From an uncultured delta proteobacterium (GTDB taxonomy: Bacteria; Myxococcota; UBA727; VGSZ01): a stretch of DNA of 64,000 nucleotides. The stretch spans positions 352,001 to 416,000 of the forward strand of contig CAVZJB010000004.1 of the NCBI GenBank assembly GCA_963775425.1. The letters are read 5' to 3'. The translations under genes and the position numbers were made by a program. Shown piece after piece: positions 46,095 to 58,500 of the stretch (the first letter of the stretch is position 1; each line of letters opens with the position of its first letter). Below the pieces are notes generated by a model. It saw only the letters and a list, made by a program, of their open reading frames with translations. It searched no databases and was not told the origin of the DNA.

Positions 46095-48776
46095 TCAGGG
46101 TCCGATCTTCATCGGCATGGTGACGGGCACCGGCGACGACGCGCGCGTGGCCGGGAACCGCCAGCGCTTGATCTCGCTGACGACGCAATTGCCCGCCGGC
46201 GTTCCCGCGAACTTGGAGTCGAGCACGGAGACGTTGGTGGTGTTGCCGCGCGCCTGGATCTTCCAAGCCATCTTGATCACGCCGCTCGCGCTGTGCCGCC
46301 GGCCGCACTTCTCGACGTTGCCGAGGTGCGACTTGACGACGACGAGGACGTCCGCCTTGGACAGCGAGTCCTTGACCGAGCCCGCCCTGTCGGCCGCGCG
46401 GCTGCTCTCGGACCTCCCGCTCGCCTTGCAGTCGAAGTCGAGCACCGGATCGCAGCCCTTGGGCGTCGCGTGCGACGCCGTGACCGCCGGCGGCGGGCTC
46501 GTGTGGTGCGTGCTCGTGTCCGCGCGGGGGTGCCGCGCGTGCGTGTCGTGGTGGACGGGCGCGTGGCTGGGGGCCGCGTGCTCGGGCTCGTCGGCGGAGG
46601 CGACCTTCCCGCCCTCGTCCTTGTCCTTCGCCGCGTCGGCCGCGTGCTCGTCGGGCTTGGCGTCCGGCTTGGCGTCGTCCGGCTTGGCGGCGTCCGGCTT
46701 GGCGGCGTCCGGTTTGGCGTCGTCCTTCGCGGTGGCGTCCTTCTTGTCGGCGTCGGCTTTCTTGTCGTCGGCCTTCTTGTCGTCGGCCTTTTCGTCGTCG
46801 GCCTTCTTACCGCCGCCGGCGAGCGGCATGAGCTTCCCGTCGGCGCCCATCACGAAGGTCTTGCCGTCGACCTGCACGAGCTTGGGGCCGTCGTCCTTCT
46901 TGAGGGCCACCACCGTGAGCACCACGATGAGCAACAGCACGACGACGCCGACGCCGATGCCGGCCGCGAGCATCATCGGCGACATGCGCGACGGCTGCGG
47001 CGGGGTGGTCATGAAGCCGCCCGGCGGCGGATACGACGGGGTCACCGCGGGCGCGTTGAACGAGGGCAGCGCGCCGCCCGCCGGCGCGAGGGGCGCACCG
47101 ACCTCGGGTCCGGCCTCGAGATCCTTGCCGGCGCCGAGCGAGCCGAACAGCGGGGCGTTGATCGACGCGTCGTCGGCGGGCGCGAGGTCGTCGTCGGCGG
47201 CGGGCATCGGGCCGTTGTCGATGCGCTTGATCTCGTCCTGCACCAGCGACGCCAGCGCGGACGCCGCCGCCGGCCGCCACTCCGGCTCCGCCGACGCCGA
47301 CGACGGCGGCGACGACGACGCGGTGGGCGCCTTGGAGGGGCCGCCGACCGCGCCGAGCGATCCGAGCGACCCCATGCCCGCCATCTCGGCGAGGTTGGCG
47401 GCCTGGTACACGTCGGTGAGGCCGTGAGGGCGCCACGAAGCGTCGTCGCTCGGCTCGTCGAAGGGGCTCGGTCCGGCGGCGGTGGCGCCGGGCGGGAGGC
47501 CGTCGCCGATGCCGTCGATGCCGAAGGCCGCGGCGCCGCCGGCCTGCGCGGCCCGGCCGCGGTCGTCCTCGACGCGCGGGATGTGCGGCATGGGCACCTT
47601 GTCGAAGAGGGCGCGCACGGCGGGCACCTCGCCGGCGGGGAGCCAGTCCTCCATGCCGATCTTCCACACGAGGCTCTCGCGATCGACGCGACCGGCCTCG
47701 ATGTGGCGGCCGACCTCACCGAGCGCGAGCGGGCCGACGTCCTGGTCGTCGATGGCGACGTGCCACACCTGCTCCGCCGGCCCGTCGTCGGCGCCGTCGG
47801 GGCTGCCTGGATCGGGGCCGCGCACGAGGCCCGGCTCGAGCTCGCGCGGATCGGGGCCGGCGTCGAAGCCCAGCGGGGAGTCCGCGGTCTGCTTGCGCAG
47901 CGCGTCCATGGCGCCGACGTCGAGGACGCGGGTGGGCCCGCGGTGATCGTCCCCCTCGGCGGAGGGGGTCGCGGAGCCGTCGAACATGGCGTTGAACGCG
48001 CCGGCGAGCTGGTCGTCGAGCCCGCCGTCCTCGTCGGAGGAAGCGCTTTGCGGCGGCGGCGGCGGCACCGGCAGGTCGTCGTCCTCGTCGTCGGCCGCCC
48101 GTTGGTCCGTCACCACGGTGGTGTCGACGCCGCCGCGCGCGGCCCGAGCGGGCTCGTGCTCGTCGCTGCGATCATCGCTGCGATCATCGCTGTGGTCGCC
48201 GTCGTCGCGCTCGTCCTCGGGGGGCGGCGACGGCGGCGCCTGCGCGCCCGTCACCTGCGGCGCGTGCGCCGAGAGCTCGGTTCGGTCGTCGTGCCCTCGC
48301 TCCTCGGGCTCCGACGGGAGACCGAGGTCGAGGGGGTTCTTGGTGAGCTGGGTCGCGTCGCCGAACAGCGAGACGGGGGCGGGCGCCGACGGCCCCGTGG
48401 TCTCGGGCGACGGCTCGTCGTCGTCCCGGGCGCGCTCCTGCTGTGCGCGCATGTCGGGGACGCCCGGATCGGTGGGGCCGCCCTGCGCGAAGATGTCGCC
48501 GCCGCTGTCGTCGTCGGGCGGGGACGCGCCGAGGTCGAGCCCGGGCGGCGGGGGCTGCATCTCGGTCACGACGGGCTTCTCGACGGCGGGCGCGGGCTTG
48601 GGCGCCTTCGCGGGCTTGTCCTCGGCCTTCTTGGCCTCAGCGGGCGCGGCGTTCTTGTCGGGCCGCACGATGATGACGTGCTGGCACTTCTTGCACTTGA
48701 CCTTGACGCCGCGCTTTCCGACCTTCTCGTCGGCGATCATGTATTGGGCGTGGCAACTGTCGCACTCGAACTTCAT
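46095..48776 (-). CDS. gltJ: Gliding motility protein GltJ/AgmX (zinc ribbon, GYF_2, TM, AgmX/PglI C-terminal domain)
   Basis: MKFECDSCHAQYMIADEKVGKRGVKVKCKKCQH; WHVAIDDQDVGP...LVWKIGMEDW; WRPAAASALASLV; TM; C-terminal GNCVVSEIKRWRFP. Confidence 0.88.
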   Translation of the reverse strand: MKFECDSCHAQYMIADEKVGKRGVKVKCKKCQHVIIVRPDKNAAPAEAKKAEDKPAKAPKPAPAVEKPVVTEMQPPPPGLDLGASPPDDDSGGDIFAQGGPTDPGVPDMRAQQERARDDDEPSPETTGPSAPAPVSLFGDATQLTKNPLDLGLPSEPEERGHDDRTELSAHAPQVTGAQAPPSPPPEDERDDGDHSDDRSDDRSDEHEPARAARGGVDTTVVTDQRAADDEDDDLPVPPPPPQSASSDEDGGLDDQLAGAFNAMFDGSATPSAEGDDHRGPTRVLDVGAMDALRKQTADSPLGFDAGPDPRELEPGLVRGPDPGSPDGADDGPAEQVWHVAIDDQDVGPLALGEVGRHIEAGRVDRESLVWKIGMEDWLPAGEVPAVRALFDKVPMPHIPRVEDDRGRAAQAGGAAAFGIDGIGDGLPPGATAAGPSPFDEPSDDASWRPHGLTDVYQAANLAEMAGMGSLGSLGAVGGPSKAPTASSSPPSSASAEPEWRPAAASALASLVQDEIKRIDNGPMPAADDDLAPADDASINAPLFGSLGAGKDLEAGPEVGAPLAPAGGALPSFNAPAVTPSYPPPGGFMTTPPQPSRMSPMMLAAGIGVGVVVLLLIVVLTVVALKKDDGPKLVQVDGKTFVMGADGKLMPLAGGGKKADDEKADDKKADDKKADADKKDATAKDDAKPDAAKPDAAKPDDAKPDAKPDEHAADAAKDKDEGGKVASADEPEHAAPSHAPVHHDTHARHPRADTSTHHTSPPPAVTASHATPKGCDPVLDFDCKASGRSESSRAADRAGSVKDSLSKADVLVVVKSHLGNVEKCGRRHSASGVIKMAWKIQARGNTTNVSVLDSKFAGTPAGNCVVSEIKRWRFPATRASSPVPVTMPMKIGP

Positions 48777-48958
48777 AAAAACGCCCTCGCCTGCGCTTCC
48801 GGCTGGGAACGCGCGCGATCATCCGATGGTCTTTCGCCGACGATACTGATCCCCGTCGTGGAGGGTCAAATCGCCGCACCGCGTCAACAGGAAAAAACGC
48901 CGCTTTGGCGCCGGAGTGCGCACGCGCGCACGGCTTGCACGTCGTAACGCCCGGTTCA

Positions 48959-49530
48959 AAGGTGACGAGTCGTGCCGTGTCGACGACGGCGCCGGCCGTC
49001 GCCCCGATCGGCGGATCCGCGTCATCGAGAGCGCCGTTGATCCGAGCCACCCGGAAGGGGACGGTGCTACGGCCACACGCCGGAGCGGAAAGGAGCTCCG
49101 AGCTCGGCGACGAAGACGCGCGCCGAGTTGAGCGCCGGGGCGCCGAGCTTTCCGCTCCGGCGGTGGCGACGTTGTCTAGCCTTCGCTGATTCCGAGCGCC
49201 CAAGCTGCACGCGCCCTGGTCTCGCCGAGCACGCCAACGCCGTGTCGCCCTGATGGCAGCCGTGGCCTTCAACCTGCTGCAGAACCTCGCGAAGCTCACC
49301 GCCTGAAGTCCGCGCCGACGTCGCATCGAGGCACGTCGGCGCGCACACGACCCGCACGAACCCGCCACGTGCGCCGATAGCGGGATCACAACACCGCTCG
49401 GACCCGCCGTTTCCTCACAACCTGCGGCGGTTGTTGCGCGCCGACGTGCCTCGCCACGTACTCCGCGCGGCGAGCCACCTTGTGGGCGGCTTCGCCGAGT
49501 GCTGCTACCAGCCCCGTTTTTCGTCAGCCT
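48959..49530 (+). mobile_element. Degenerate IS-derived element / MITE, copy 2
   Basis: Shares the core with 20080-20509; right end TCGTCAGCCT, left AAGGTGACGA; TTCA on both flanks (48955-58, 49531-34). Confidence 0.65.
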
Positions 49531-49531
49531 T

Positions 49532-52500
49532 TCAGCTCCCGATGCCCGTGCCGAGGCGCTGGCGCAGCTCGAAGTTCTCGTCGCTCACCGCGAACAGCAG
49601 CAGCTCTCGCACCTTGGCGCCGTGCGCCAGCGGGATGGCGCCGGGATCGGGTTGCTTGAGGAGCGCCATGCACAGCTCGAGATCACCGGTGAGCAGGTAC
49701 CCCGCACGAATGGCGGTGTGCTCCATGCCCTCGAGGAACGGCTTCGTCGACGCGGCCTTCTTGGTCTTCAACACCTCGGCGGCCGCGGGCTTGAGGGCGT
49801 TGGCGAGCGGAGCGCCGATGCGCGCGAGCGCCTTTTCGAAACGATCGACGTCGGCGGGCTCGCCGCGCACGGGATAGCGGCGGTCGACGAAGTGAAGCGC
49901 GACGTCGACGAGCGTGTTGAAGCGCTGCGCGCCCATGGTGCGCGGGAGCATGTAGGCCGGCCGGAGCGCCGTGAGCTGGCGGCCGATGGTGAACCACAGC
50001 CTCCGCCCCTGCGTCTCGGACAGGAGCGGGCTCGCCTTGCCGAGCGCGAGCGTGGGCTGCTCGAGGCAGAGCGGGTAGAGCGGGTCGGCGCTGTTGTGCT
50101 TCTGGTAGAGCTCGAAGCCGCCGGTGGCGAGCACGCCGCGCACGTGCTTGAGCTGGTTGATGAAGTATGGCTGCACGGGGGCGTCGAGGTCGACGCGCTC
50201 CATGTCGCCGCGGCGCACGCCGATGTTGTACACGCGCGGCTCGAGCGCGAGCACGCTTCCCGCGGAGCGCCACAGAGTGGCGCTGATGGTGGCGATGGCG
50301 CCGCGCGCGGCGGGGTGCACGAGGAACGCCTCCCACAGCTTGTCGGTCATCGCGCGGCGCGCTTGCGGCGGCACCTGCTTGACGTACAGCGAGAGGATGT
50401 CGGCTTCGCTCGGCTGGAGATCGCCGAGCACGCGCAGCGCCTGCGCGAACACGTAGGCGCGATCGATGGCCTTGCGCGCGAGCGCGATGCGCACCAGCTC
50501 GTGCAGGGCGCGCGTGATCTTGTCGGGGTTGAGCTGGATGAGCTTGCTGTACGCGGCCGCCGCCTCGTCGATGCCCGCCGGGTTCCGGGCGAGGAGATCG
50601 GCGAGCACCTCCACCGCCTCCGCGCTGTTCGGCTGCATCCTCACGATCACGCGGTACGCCTGGGTGGCGCCGTCGAGGTTGCGCAGGCGGAAACGGTAGA
50701 GGTCGCCGAGGTTCTTCCACAGCACCTCTTTGATGCCCGCGCGCGTGTCGGGGATGCGCTTGAGCATCGCGATGTAGTTCTCTTCGAGCGCCGGCCAGTT
50801 CCCCGTCGACGACAACAGGCTCTCGATGCTCTCGAACGCCTTGACGAAGTTGGGATCGAGATCGAGCGCCGCGTTGAAGTACTGCACCGCGCGCTGATCG
50901 TTCTTGATCTCGTCGCGGTAGACCTCGCCGAGGGTCTGGTTGAGGCGAACGCGCGAGTCCTGATCCTGCTCGACGCGTACGAGCTCCTCGAGCACCTCCA
51001 CCGCACGCGGCCCCTGCCGCGTCTGCCGATAGAGCTGCAACATGCTCTCGAGGATCTCCTTGTCGCCCGGCCGCTGGCGGTTGGCGTCTTCGTAGGCGTC
51101 GATGGCGCGATAGGGATCGTCGAGCTCGCCGGTGGCGAGTCGGCCGATCTCGATGAGCAGGTTGGTGCGCTCGTCGCCGAACACGAGGGGCACGAGGCGG
51201 ATGAGCACCTCGTACGCGTCCTCGAACTGTCCGTCGCCGACGAGGACGTTGGCCATCAAGCGCAGGGAAGGCGCGTGGTTGGGATCGAGCTCGAGCGCCT
51301 TCTCGAGCGACTTGATGGCGCGGTCGCCCTGCCCGAGCTTGTGGTTGAGGTCGGCGACCTGCTGGTAGTAGTCGACGACCTCGGCGTCGGTGAGGCCGTC
51401 GCGGTGGTGGATGAGGATGGCCTGGTAGATCTTGGCCGCGTCCTCCCACCGCCCGGACTTCGACAACGCCGCCCCGAGCCCCTCGAGCGCGGGGAGATAG
51501 GTCGCGTCGATCTCGTACGCGCGCTGGTAGTTTTTGAGCGCCTTGGCGTCCTTGCCGAGCTTCTCGCAGACGTAGCCGAGGCGGTAGTGCTGGCGGCAGA
51601 GGTCGGCGGCGTCGTCCTGCGGGTCGAGGCGCTCGACGATGATGTCGAGCAACTGCTCCGCCCGCTGCCAGTTCTCGTCGCGGAAGGCGATGTCCGCCAG
51701 CGGCTTGGCCGCCGCGAGGTGGTCGAACGTGAGGGCGAGCGCCTTCTCGAGCTCTTCGGAGGCGCCCTCGAGGTCCGCGAGCGTGTCCTGGAGGAACAGG
51801 CCGGTGGTGGTGTGGATCTCGGTGCGTTGCACCTCGTCCTCGGTGTACTTGGCCTCCTCGCGCAGCCACTGCAGGTACTCGGCGTTTTCACCCTTCTGCA
51901 GGGCGATGTTCTTGAGCGCCTGGATGGACGGCAGGTGGCTCGGCTCCACGTCGAGCGCGGCCTTGTACGCCAGCACGGCGTTGCCGACGTCGAGCAGCAT
52001 CTGCTCGTTGATGTTGCCGATGCGGTGGTAGATCTCCACCGCCTCCTTGGAGGCGCCGAGGAGCTGTGCCTCCGCCTGCAGCTTCTCGAGGGCGTTGAAC
52101 CAGTTGCCGCTCTTTTCGTAGAGCGCGCCCAGGGAGTGGATGGCGCCCTGTGACCCCGGGTCGAAGTCGAGAGCGGCCGTGTACATCTGCTCGGCCTTGT
52201 CCTGGCGTCCGAGCTCCTGCGCGTAGACCTGGCCGATGGCGAGGTAGAGCTGCACGATCTCCTGCGGATCGCGCGTCAGCGAGATGTGGGCCTCGTAGGT
52301 CTTGACGAGGTCCTCCCACTGGCCCTGCGCGCGGTAGAGGCGCTCGAGGTTCTCGACGGCGCGCACGTTGTCGGCGTCGACCTGGAGCACCCGCTGGTTG
52401 GCCTCGATGGCCATGCCGGCGTCCTCGAGGCTCTCCTCCCAGGTGGCGCCGACCTTGGACAGCAGGCGTACGGCTTCGTCGGTGGAAGGCGCGAGCTCGA

Positions 52501-55500
52501 CCATCTTCTCGAAGATCTTCACCAGCTCCTGCGGCCGATTGAGCGTGGTGAACAGACGCTCGAGCGCCTTGAGCGAAAGGACGTGTGCGGGATCCTCGTC
52601 GAGGATGGAGCGATAGACCGCGATGGCCTGTTCGGGGTTGTCGAGCTCCTGCTCCCACAGCCCGCCGACGCGGTAGCGGATGGCGAGCTTGTCTTCGAGG
52701 CCCTGCGCGACCTCCTCGTGCCGCTTGAGGATGTTGACGAGCTGTTGCCAGCGCTTCTCGCGCTCGAGCAGATCCGCGAGATCGCGCAGCGCGCCGGCGT
52801 CTGCGTGGTCGAGCTCGAGAATGCGCTTGTAGGCGTTGATGGCGGCGTCGACGTCGTTGGCCTTCTCGTCGAGGGTGCGCGCCACCCGGCGCAGCATCTC
52901 GATGCGCGCGCCGACGTCGTTGGACTGCTCGACGCGACGCTCGAAGACGTTGACGACCTCGCGCCACTTCCCCTGGCTCTCGTACAGCGCGACCATGCCG
53001 TCGAGCGCGCCCTTGTTGGTGGCCTCGTACTCGAGCGCTCGCTTGTAGTGCAGCTCGGCGTCCGCCGGAGAGCTCATGTGCTTCCACGCGAGCTCCGCCA
53101 TGCGCAGGTGGATATCGATGATGCGACGCTCGTCGGCGAGGTTGCTGCCGAGGGCGTCGTCGTAGATGGTGACCAGCTCGTCGGCGCTGTCGGTGGCGAT
53201 GGCCAGGCGGTCCATCCACTGCGCCAGCGACGCGTCGTCGTAGTCCTCTTTGAACGCGCGGCACGCGGCGAGAAACGCCAGCGCCGGCTGCGAGAGCTTC
53301 TCTTCGTAGATCTCGCCGATCTCCTTCAAGAGCTCGATGCGCGCGGCGGGCTCGGTGGTGGCGCGCGTGCGCTCCTCCTTCAGGAGCACCAGCTTCTGCC
53401 AGTCGTTGTTCTCGGCGTAGATGGAGCCGAGGCGCCCGTACGCGCGCTCGTTGGTGGCGTCGATCTTGAGGATGCGCTCGTACGGCCCGGCGGCCAGCTC
53501 GTGGCGCTTGAGGTTCTCCTCGAACACCGTGGCGAGCTCGAGGAGCTTTTCGGCACGCGCCGGCCCCTCCGCGACCGCCGAGGCGCGCTCGAGGGTATCG
53601 GCCAGCTCGTCCCACGCCTCGTTGGTGCGGAAGATGGCGCTCAGCCGCTCGAGCTGCTGCGCGGAGTGCGGCTCGATGTCGAGGATGCGGCGGCCGGTCT
53701 CCACCGACTCCGCGCGCTTTTGGAGCTTCAGCCCGAGCACCTCGGCGAGCTGGAAGCGCAGGTCCTTGAGCTGCTCGGCGTGCGCCGTGGTCCGCATCAT
53801 GCGGCGGATGAGCCCCACCAGCTCCTCGTATTTCCCGAGGTCCCAGTAGAGCTTGCGCAGGGCGTTCAAGCTCGCCTGGTTCTGGGGATCGAGCTCGAGG
53901 ATCTTGAGGTGGCGGGCGACCGCCTCCTCCTTGCCGCCGAGGTGCAGCGAGAGGACGTCGCCAAGCTTGACGGTCAGCGATGACAGGAACGCCGGGTCGC
54001 GCTCGACCTGGAGCGCGTCTTCGTACAGTTGCCTGAGGTCGGCGAAGCGCTCGGCGGCGGCGTACAGCCGCTCGAGGGTGGAGAAGCTGGGGTCGTTGGC
54101 GACGGTGCCCGTGCCCTCGCGCTGCGACGCCTCCAACGAGCGCAGCTCCTCCCACAGCGGGATGGCGTCGTCGACGGCGTTCAACTGATCGGCGAGGAGG
54201 ATGGCGAGGCGCCGCCGGTAGCGGGAGAAGCCGTCGACGTCGCCGCCGAGCTTGCACGCCTCGATCTCCTCCTCGAGGAGCGGGCGCAGCTCTTCGAAGG
54301 CGCCGGCGGCGTCGGTGAGATCGATGAGCAGGCGGCGCGCGGGCACCGAGCCCCGATCGAGGCGACGCGCCTCCTCGAGGAGCGGCATGGCGTCGTCGGC
54401 GCGGTCGAGGTGATCGGCTAGCACCTTGCTGAGCTCGACGAGGAGCGGCACGCGCTCCACCGCCTCGTCCTTGAACATCAGGCGACGGCGCAGCGCCTTT
54501 TCGAGATCGTCGAACCGACCCACCTGCGCGTAGAGCGTGGAGAGCGCCTCGAGCGGGACCAGCCGCCCGGGTTGCTTCTCGAGCACGCCCTCGTACGCCG
54601 CGATGGCGCGCTCGACGTCGTTCATGGCCGTCGCGTAGATGTCCGCCGCCGCTTCGCGCAGCTCGGCAGCGAGGGCGCTCCGGCCGCCGACGTCGGCGGC
54701 GAGGGCTTCGTCCTCGTACATCTCGGCGAGCTCCTCGATGACATCGGCTTGCGCGGCCAGACGCTTCAAGCGCTCGCGGAGGTTGAGGTCGTTGGCGTCG
54801 TTCTTGAGCGCGCGGCACAGCGTTCCGAAGGCGAGGCCGGGAGCGTCGAGCTTCTGCTCCTGGATGTCCGCGATGCGCATGAGCTGCGTGCGGATCTCCT
54901 TCTTGTCGCCGCGCCGCTCGAGGTCGGGGATCTGCGCCTGCAGCACCTCCACGGCGCCGCTCCAGTTTCCGCTCCTCTCGTAGCTCTGCGTGAGGATGAC
55001 GGCGCCGTCGAACTTGCCGGTGTGGCGCTGCTCGAGCCGGCTCTCGAGATACTCCTGCGTCTCCTTGTGGCCGGGCGCGTCGTTGAGCACCGCCTGGAAC
55101 TGCACGAGGGCGTCGTCGGGAAGGCCGAGGTGCTGATCGAGCACCACGCCGAGCTTGAAGCGCGCCTGGAGCGAGCGCTCCGGGTCGCCGGTGCCGAGCG
55201 CGACGAGCTCGCAATCGAGCGCCTCGGCGACCTTGTCCCAACGTTGCTGTCGCTCGCACACGTCGGCGAGCGCGCGCAAGGCGGCGGTGTCGTCGGGCAA
55301 GGACTCCAGCAGGCGTTGCAGGGTGGTGATGGCCGCGCCGTAGTCCTGCAGCCCGTGGGTCTCGATGGTCGCGGCCTCGAACAGGAACTGTCGCGCGGCG
55401 GCGGCGTCCGGCGCGAGGTCCGCCTTGCGCTTGAGCGTGGCGGCGAGCTTCTGCGGCTCACCGACGGCGCGGTAGAGGCGCTCGATGCGCTCGAGGATCG

Positions 55501-58500
55501 GGAGGCGCTCCTCCGCCGACATCCCCTGCGCCGTGGCCGCCTGGAACGCCAGGTCGTAGAACTCGGAGGCCCGCAGCGGCTGCCCCACGCCGCCCTCGTA
55601 CAGCTCGCCGCAGCGAAGCGCGTAGTTGAAGCGCTGCGGATCGTTGATGGCGAGCCCCTCGATGAGGTCCTCGTAGAGGCCGAGCAGAGACTCGAGGTCG
55701 TGCAGCCGGACGCTCAGGCGCTCCGCGCGCTCCCGGAGCACGTTGTCGGCGGGGTCTTCGCCGAGGGCGCGCGCGAGCGTGACCATGGCCTGCTCGGGGC
55801 GATCGAGCATGCGCTCTTCGACGTCGACGATACGCACCCACAAACGCTTGCGCTCGCTCGGATCCTGCTCGACGTCGAGGCGCAGCCGGAGGACGGGCGC
55901 GAGCTCGCCCCAGGCGTCGGCACTCTCGAAGCGCGGCTCGAGGACCGTCGCGAGCTGCGCCCGCCAGATCCGCGCCTCGTCGCGCGTCTCGCCCGACAGC
56001 AGCAGGAGCGCACGCGTGCCGAGGGCGGTCACCGCCTCGGCGGCGGGGTTGGTCTCCGCGAGGCTGACGAGCGCGGCGACGGCGTTTCCGAAGTCGCGCA
56101 GCCGCTCGAGCTGCACGTAGATGAGGCGCGCGAGCACGTTGCCGCGCTCCTCGAGGGTGGGCGCCTCCTGCGCCTCCCATGCGAGGTGATGGGCCAGCTC
56201 CGGCCAGCGCTCCGCGCGCGCGAGCAGCCGCTCCATGGTGGCCCGCGCGCCCATGTCGCCGGGGTCGAGGACGAGGAGCTCGCGCGCCGCGCCGATGGCG
56301 CCGTCGAGGTCGTTGAGGTTCTCGTCGACGTCGCACAGCTCGGCCCAGGCGTCCTTGGCCGTGTCGCGCAGACCTTCGGCGGCGGCGGCGGCGGCGAGCT
56401 GCAGGAGCACGTTGGCCAGCTCGCGCATGCCCTCGGGCGAGCCGGCGTGCATCCGCGTGAGCCGCGCGAGAATCCTTGAGGGTGGCGGCGTCGCCCGCGC
56501 CGGCCTGCACGGCGGCGGCCAGCCGCTCCATGGCGGTCTCGGGATCGCCGCCGGCGCCCTCGGCGATCTCGGCCATGCGCTTGTACAGCGCGAGGCGCGT
56601 GTCGTTGTCGCGCACGGCGTCGAGGACGTCTTCGTAGACGGCGCCGAGGCCTTCGAGGTTCTCGGTGTCCCTCGCGAGCCGCTCGGCCTCACCGCGCACC
56701 GAGGCGTCGTCGGGGACCTCCTTGAGCGCGCGGCACACCGTCATGAACGCCAGCGACGGCTGTCCGAGCTTCTCCTGGATGGTGGCCACCTCGAGGAGGA
56801 GCGCGGCGCGCGCGGTGTGATCAGGCTCCGCCGACAACCGCAGCTCGATCACCTGCGGCACCGCCGCCAGATCGTTTTGCGCGCGCAGCGTCTGCTCGAG
56901 GAGCGCGGCGGCGTCGGCGATCGGCGGCGCGCCCTTGGTGCGCGCAGCGTCGACGAGCACCTCCAACGCCTGCCGCACCTCCACGACGTGCGGCGCCTCG
57001 CCGACGGCGGCGGCGAGCTCGTCGAGGGCGCCGGCGGGATCGCCGCGGCGCTTGAGCTTCAGCGTCGCCAGGCGCGCGCGCAGGAGCACCCGCGATTCGG
57101 CGAGCGCCTCGAGCGCGATGCGGGCCTCGAGCACGTCCACCAGGGCGGAGGAGTTGCCCGTGCGCTCGTAGATGTCGTCGAGGAGCTTGAGCGCCTCGGG
57201 ATCGCGCGGGTTGTCGGCGAGCGCGGCGCGAAGGGCCTCCTCGGCGCCGGCGTCGTCGTGCACCACCAGCAGGCGGGCCATCTCGAAGAGGGCCTCCCGT
57301 CGCACGGCGATGTCCGCGGTGGACTGCACGCGCCGGCGCAGCACCTCGACGAGCGCCTGCTGATCGGCTTCGCCGCGATGGATCTGCTCGAGGGCGCTCA
57401 GGGCGGTGGTGTCTGAGGGCTCGAGGCGCAGGATGGCCTCGGCGACGCGCACCTGCCCGTCCTTGTCGTCGATCTTCTGCGCCACCGAAGCGGCCTCTCG
57501 CAGGAAGCGCAGCGCCGTGTCCTTGCCCCCCTCCTGCGACGCATGGGCCTCGGCGACGTCCTCGAGCACCTCGAGGAGGTCGCTGAAGCTGCCGGTCTCC
57601 TCGGCGAGGGCGTGCACGCGGGTGAGGCGCTCCTCGCTCGGCGCGTCGCGCAGGGCCCGGCATGTGGCCATGAACGCGAGCTGCGGTACGCGCAGCGCGT
57701 TTTCGTGCATCTGCGAGATCTCGTCGAGCAAGCGCGCGCGCTCCTCGCCGGGCTCGCGCTTGGTGGCCGCGATCTCGAGGCTCTCCACCAGCGGCTGCCA
57801 CGCCTCCTGCGCCCGGTGGTGCTCGATGATGGCGTCGAGCGCGTCGCGCCCGGCCTGGTCGTCGCGCATGGCGAGCTTCTGCAGGGCCTCGGTGCAGCGG
57901 GCCGTGCTGTTGCCGTCGCGCTCGACACGCAGGCACTCGAGGAGCGAGCGCACCGCGCCCTGGAGGTCGCCGGCGCGTCCGACGAGCAGGCCGTGCTCGA
58001 GGAGCAGCGCGGCCTTGAGGGCCGGCGAGGTCTGGAGCGCGGCGCGCTTGTCGACGACGGCGGCGAGCTCGGGCGTGTCGGCGTGCTGCAGCCGCAGCCG
58101 CGCCTCGAGGCGGGCGAGGATGGGGTCCTCGCGCGGCGCCATCTCATGGCAGGTGCGCAGGGTGTCGAGGCCCTTCACGTCGTCTTCGAGGATGTCGAAG
58201 TAGTAGTCGGACAGATCGAGCAAGCGCTGGAGGCGCTCGGGCCCCTCGACGAGCGACGCGAGCTTCTCGAGACAGGTGGCGACGCCCGCGGCGTCGTTGC
58301 GCCGCTCGTAGAGCGCGGCCATCCGCTCCCACGGCTCCTTGGCTGCGGGCTGGAGGTTCGCGAGGAACATCAGCGCCTCGAGGCCGCCGTCGATATCGCC
58401 GCGCTGCACGGTGAGCTCGGCCAGGCGCTCGGAGTACAGGAGCGCCGTTTCCTCGTGGGGGCTCACGCGCAGCGCCTGGTAGCGCGCGAAGAGCTCCTCG

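Noticed and set aside
56465-56485. Programmed ribosomal frameshift in gltI
   Set aside because: No X XXY YYZ heptamer or known +1 signal; error or mutation is more parsimonious.
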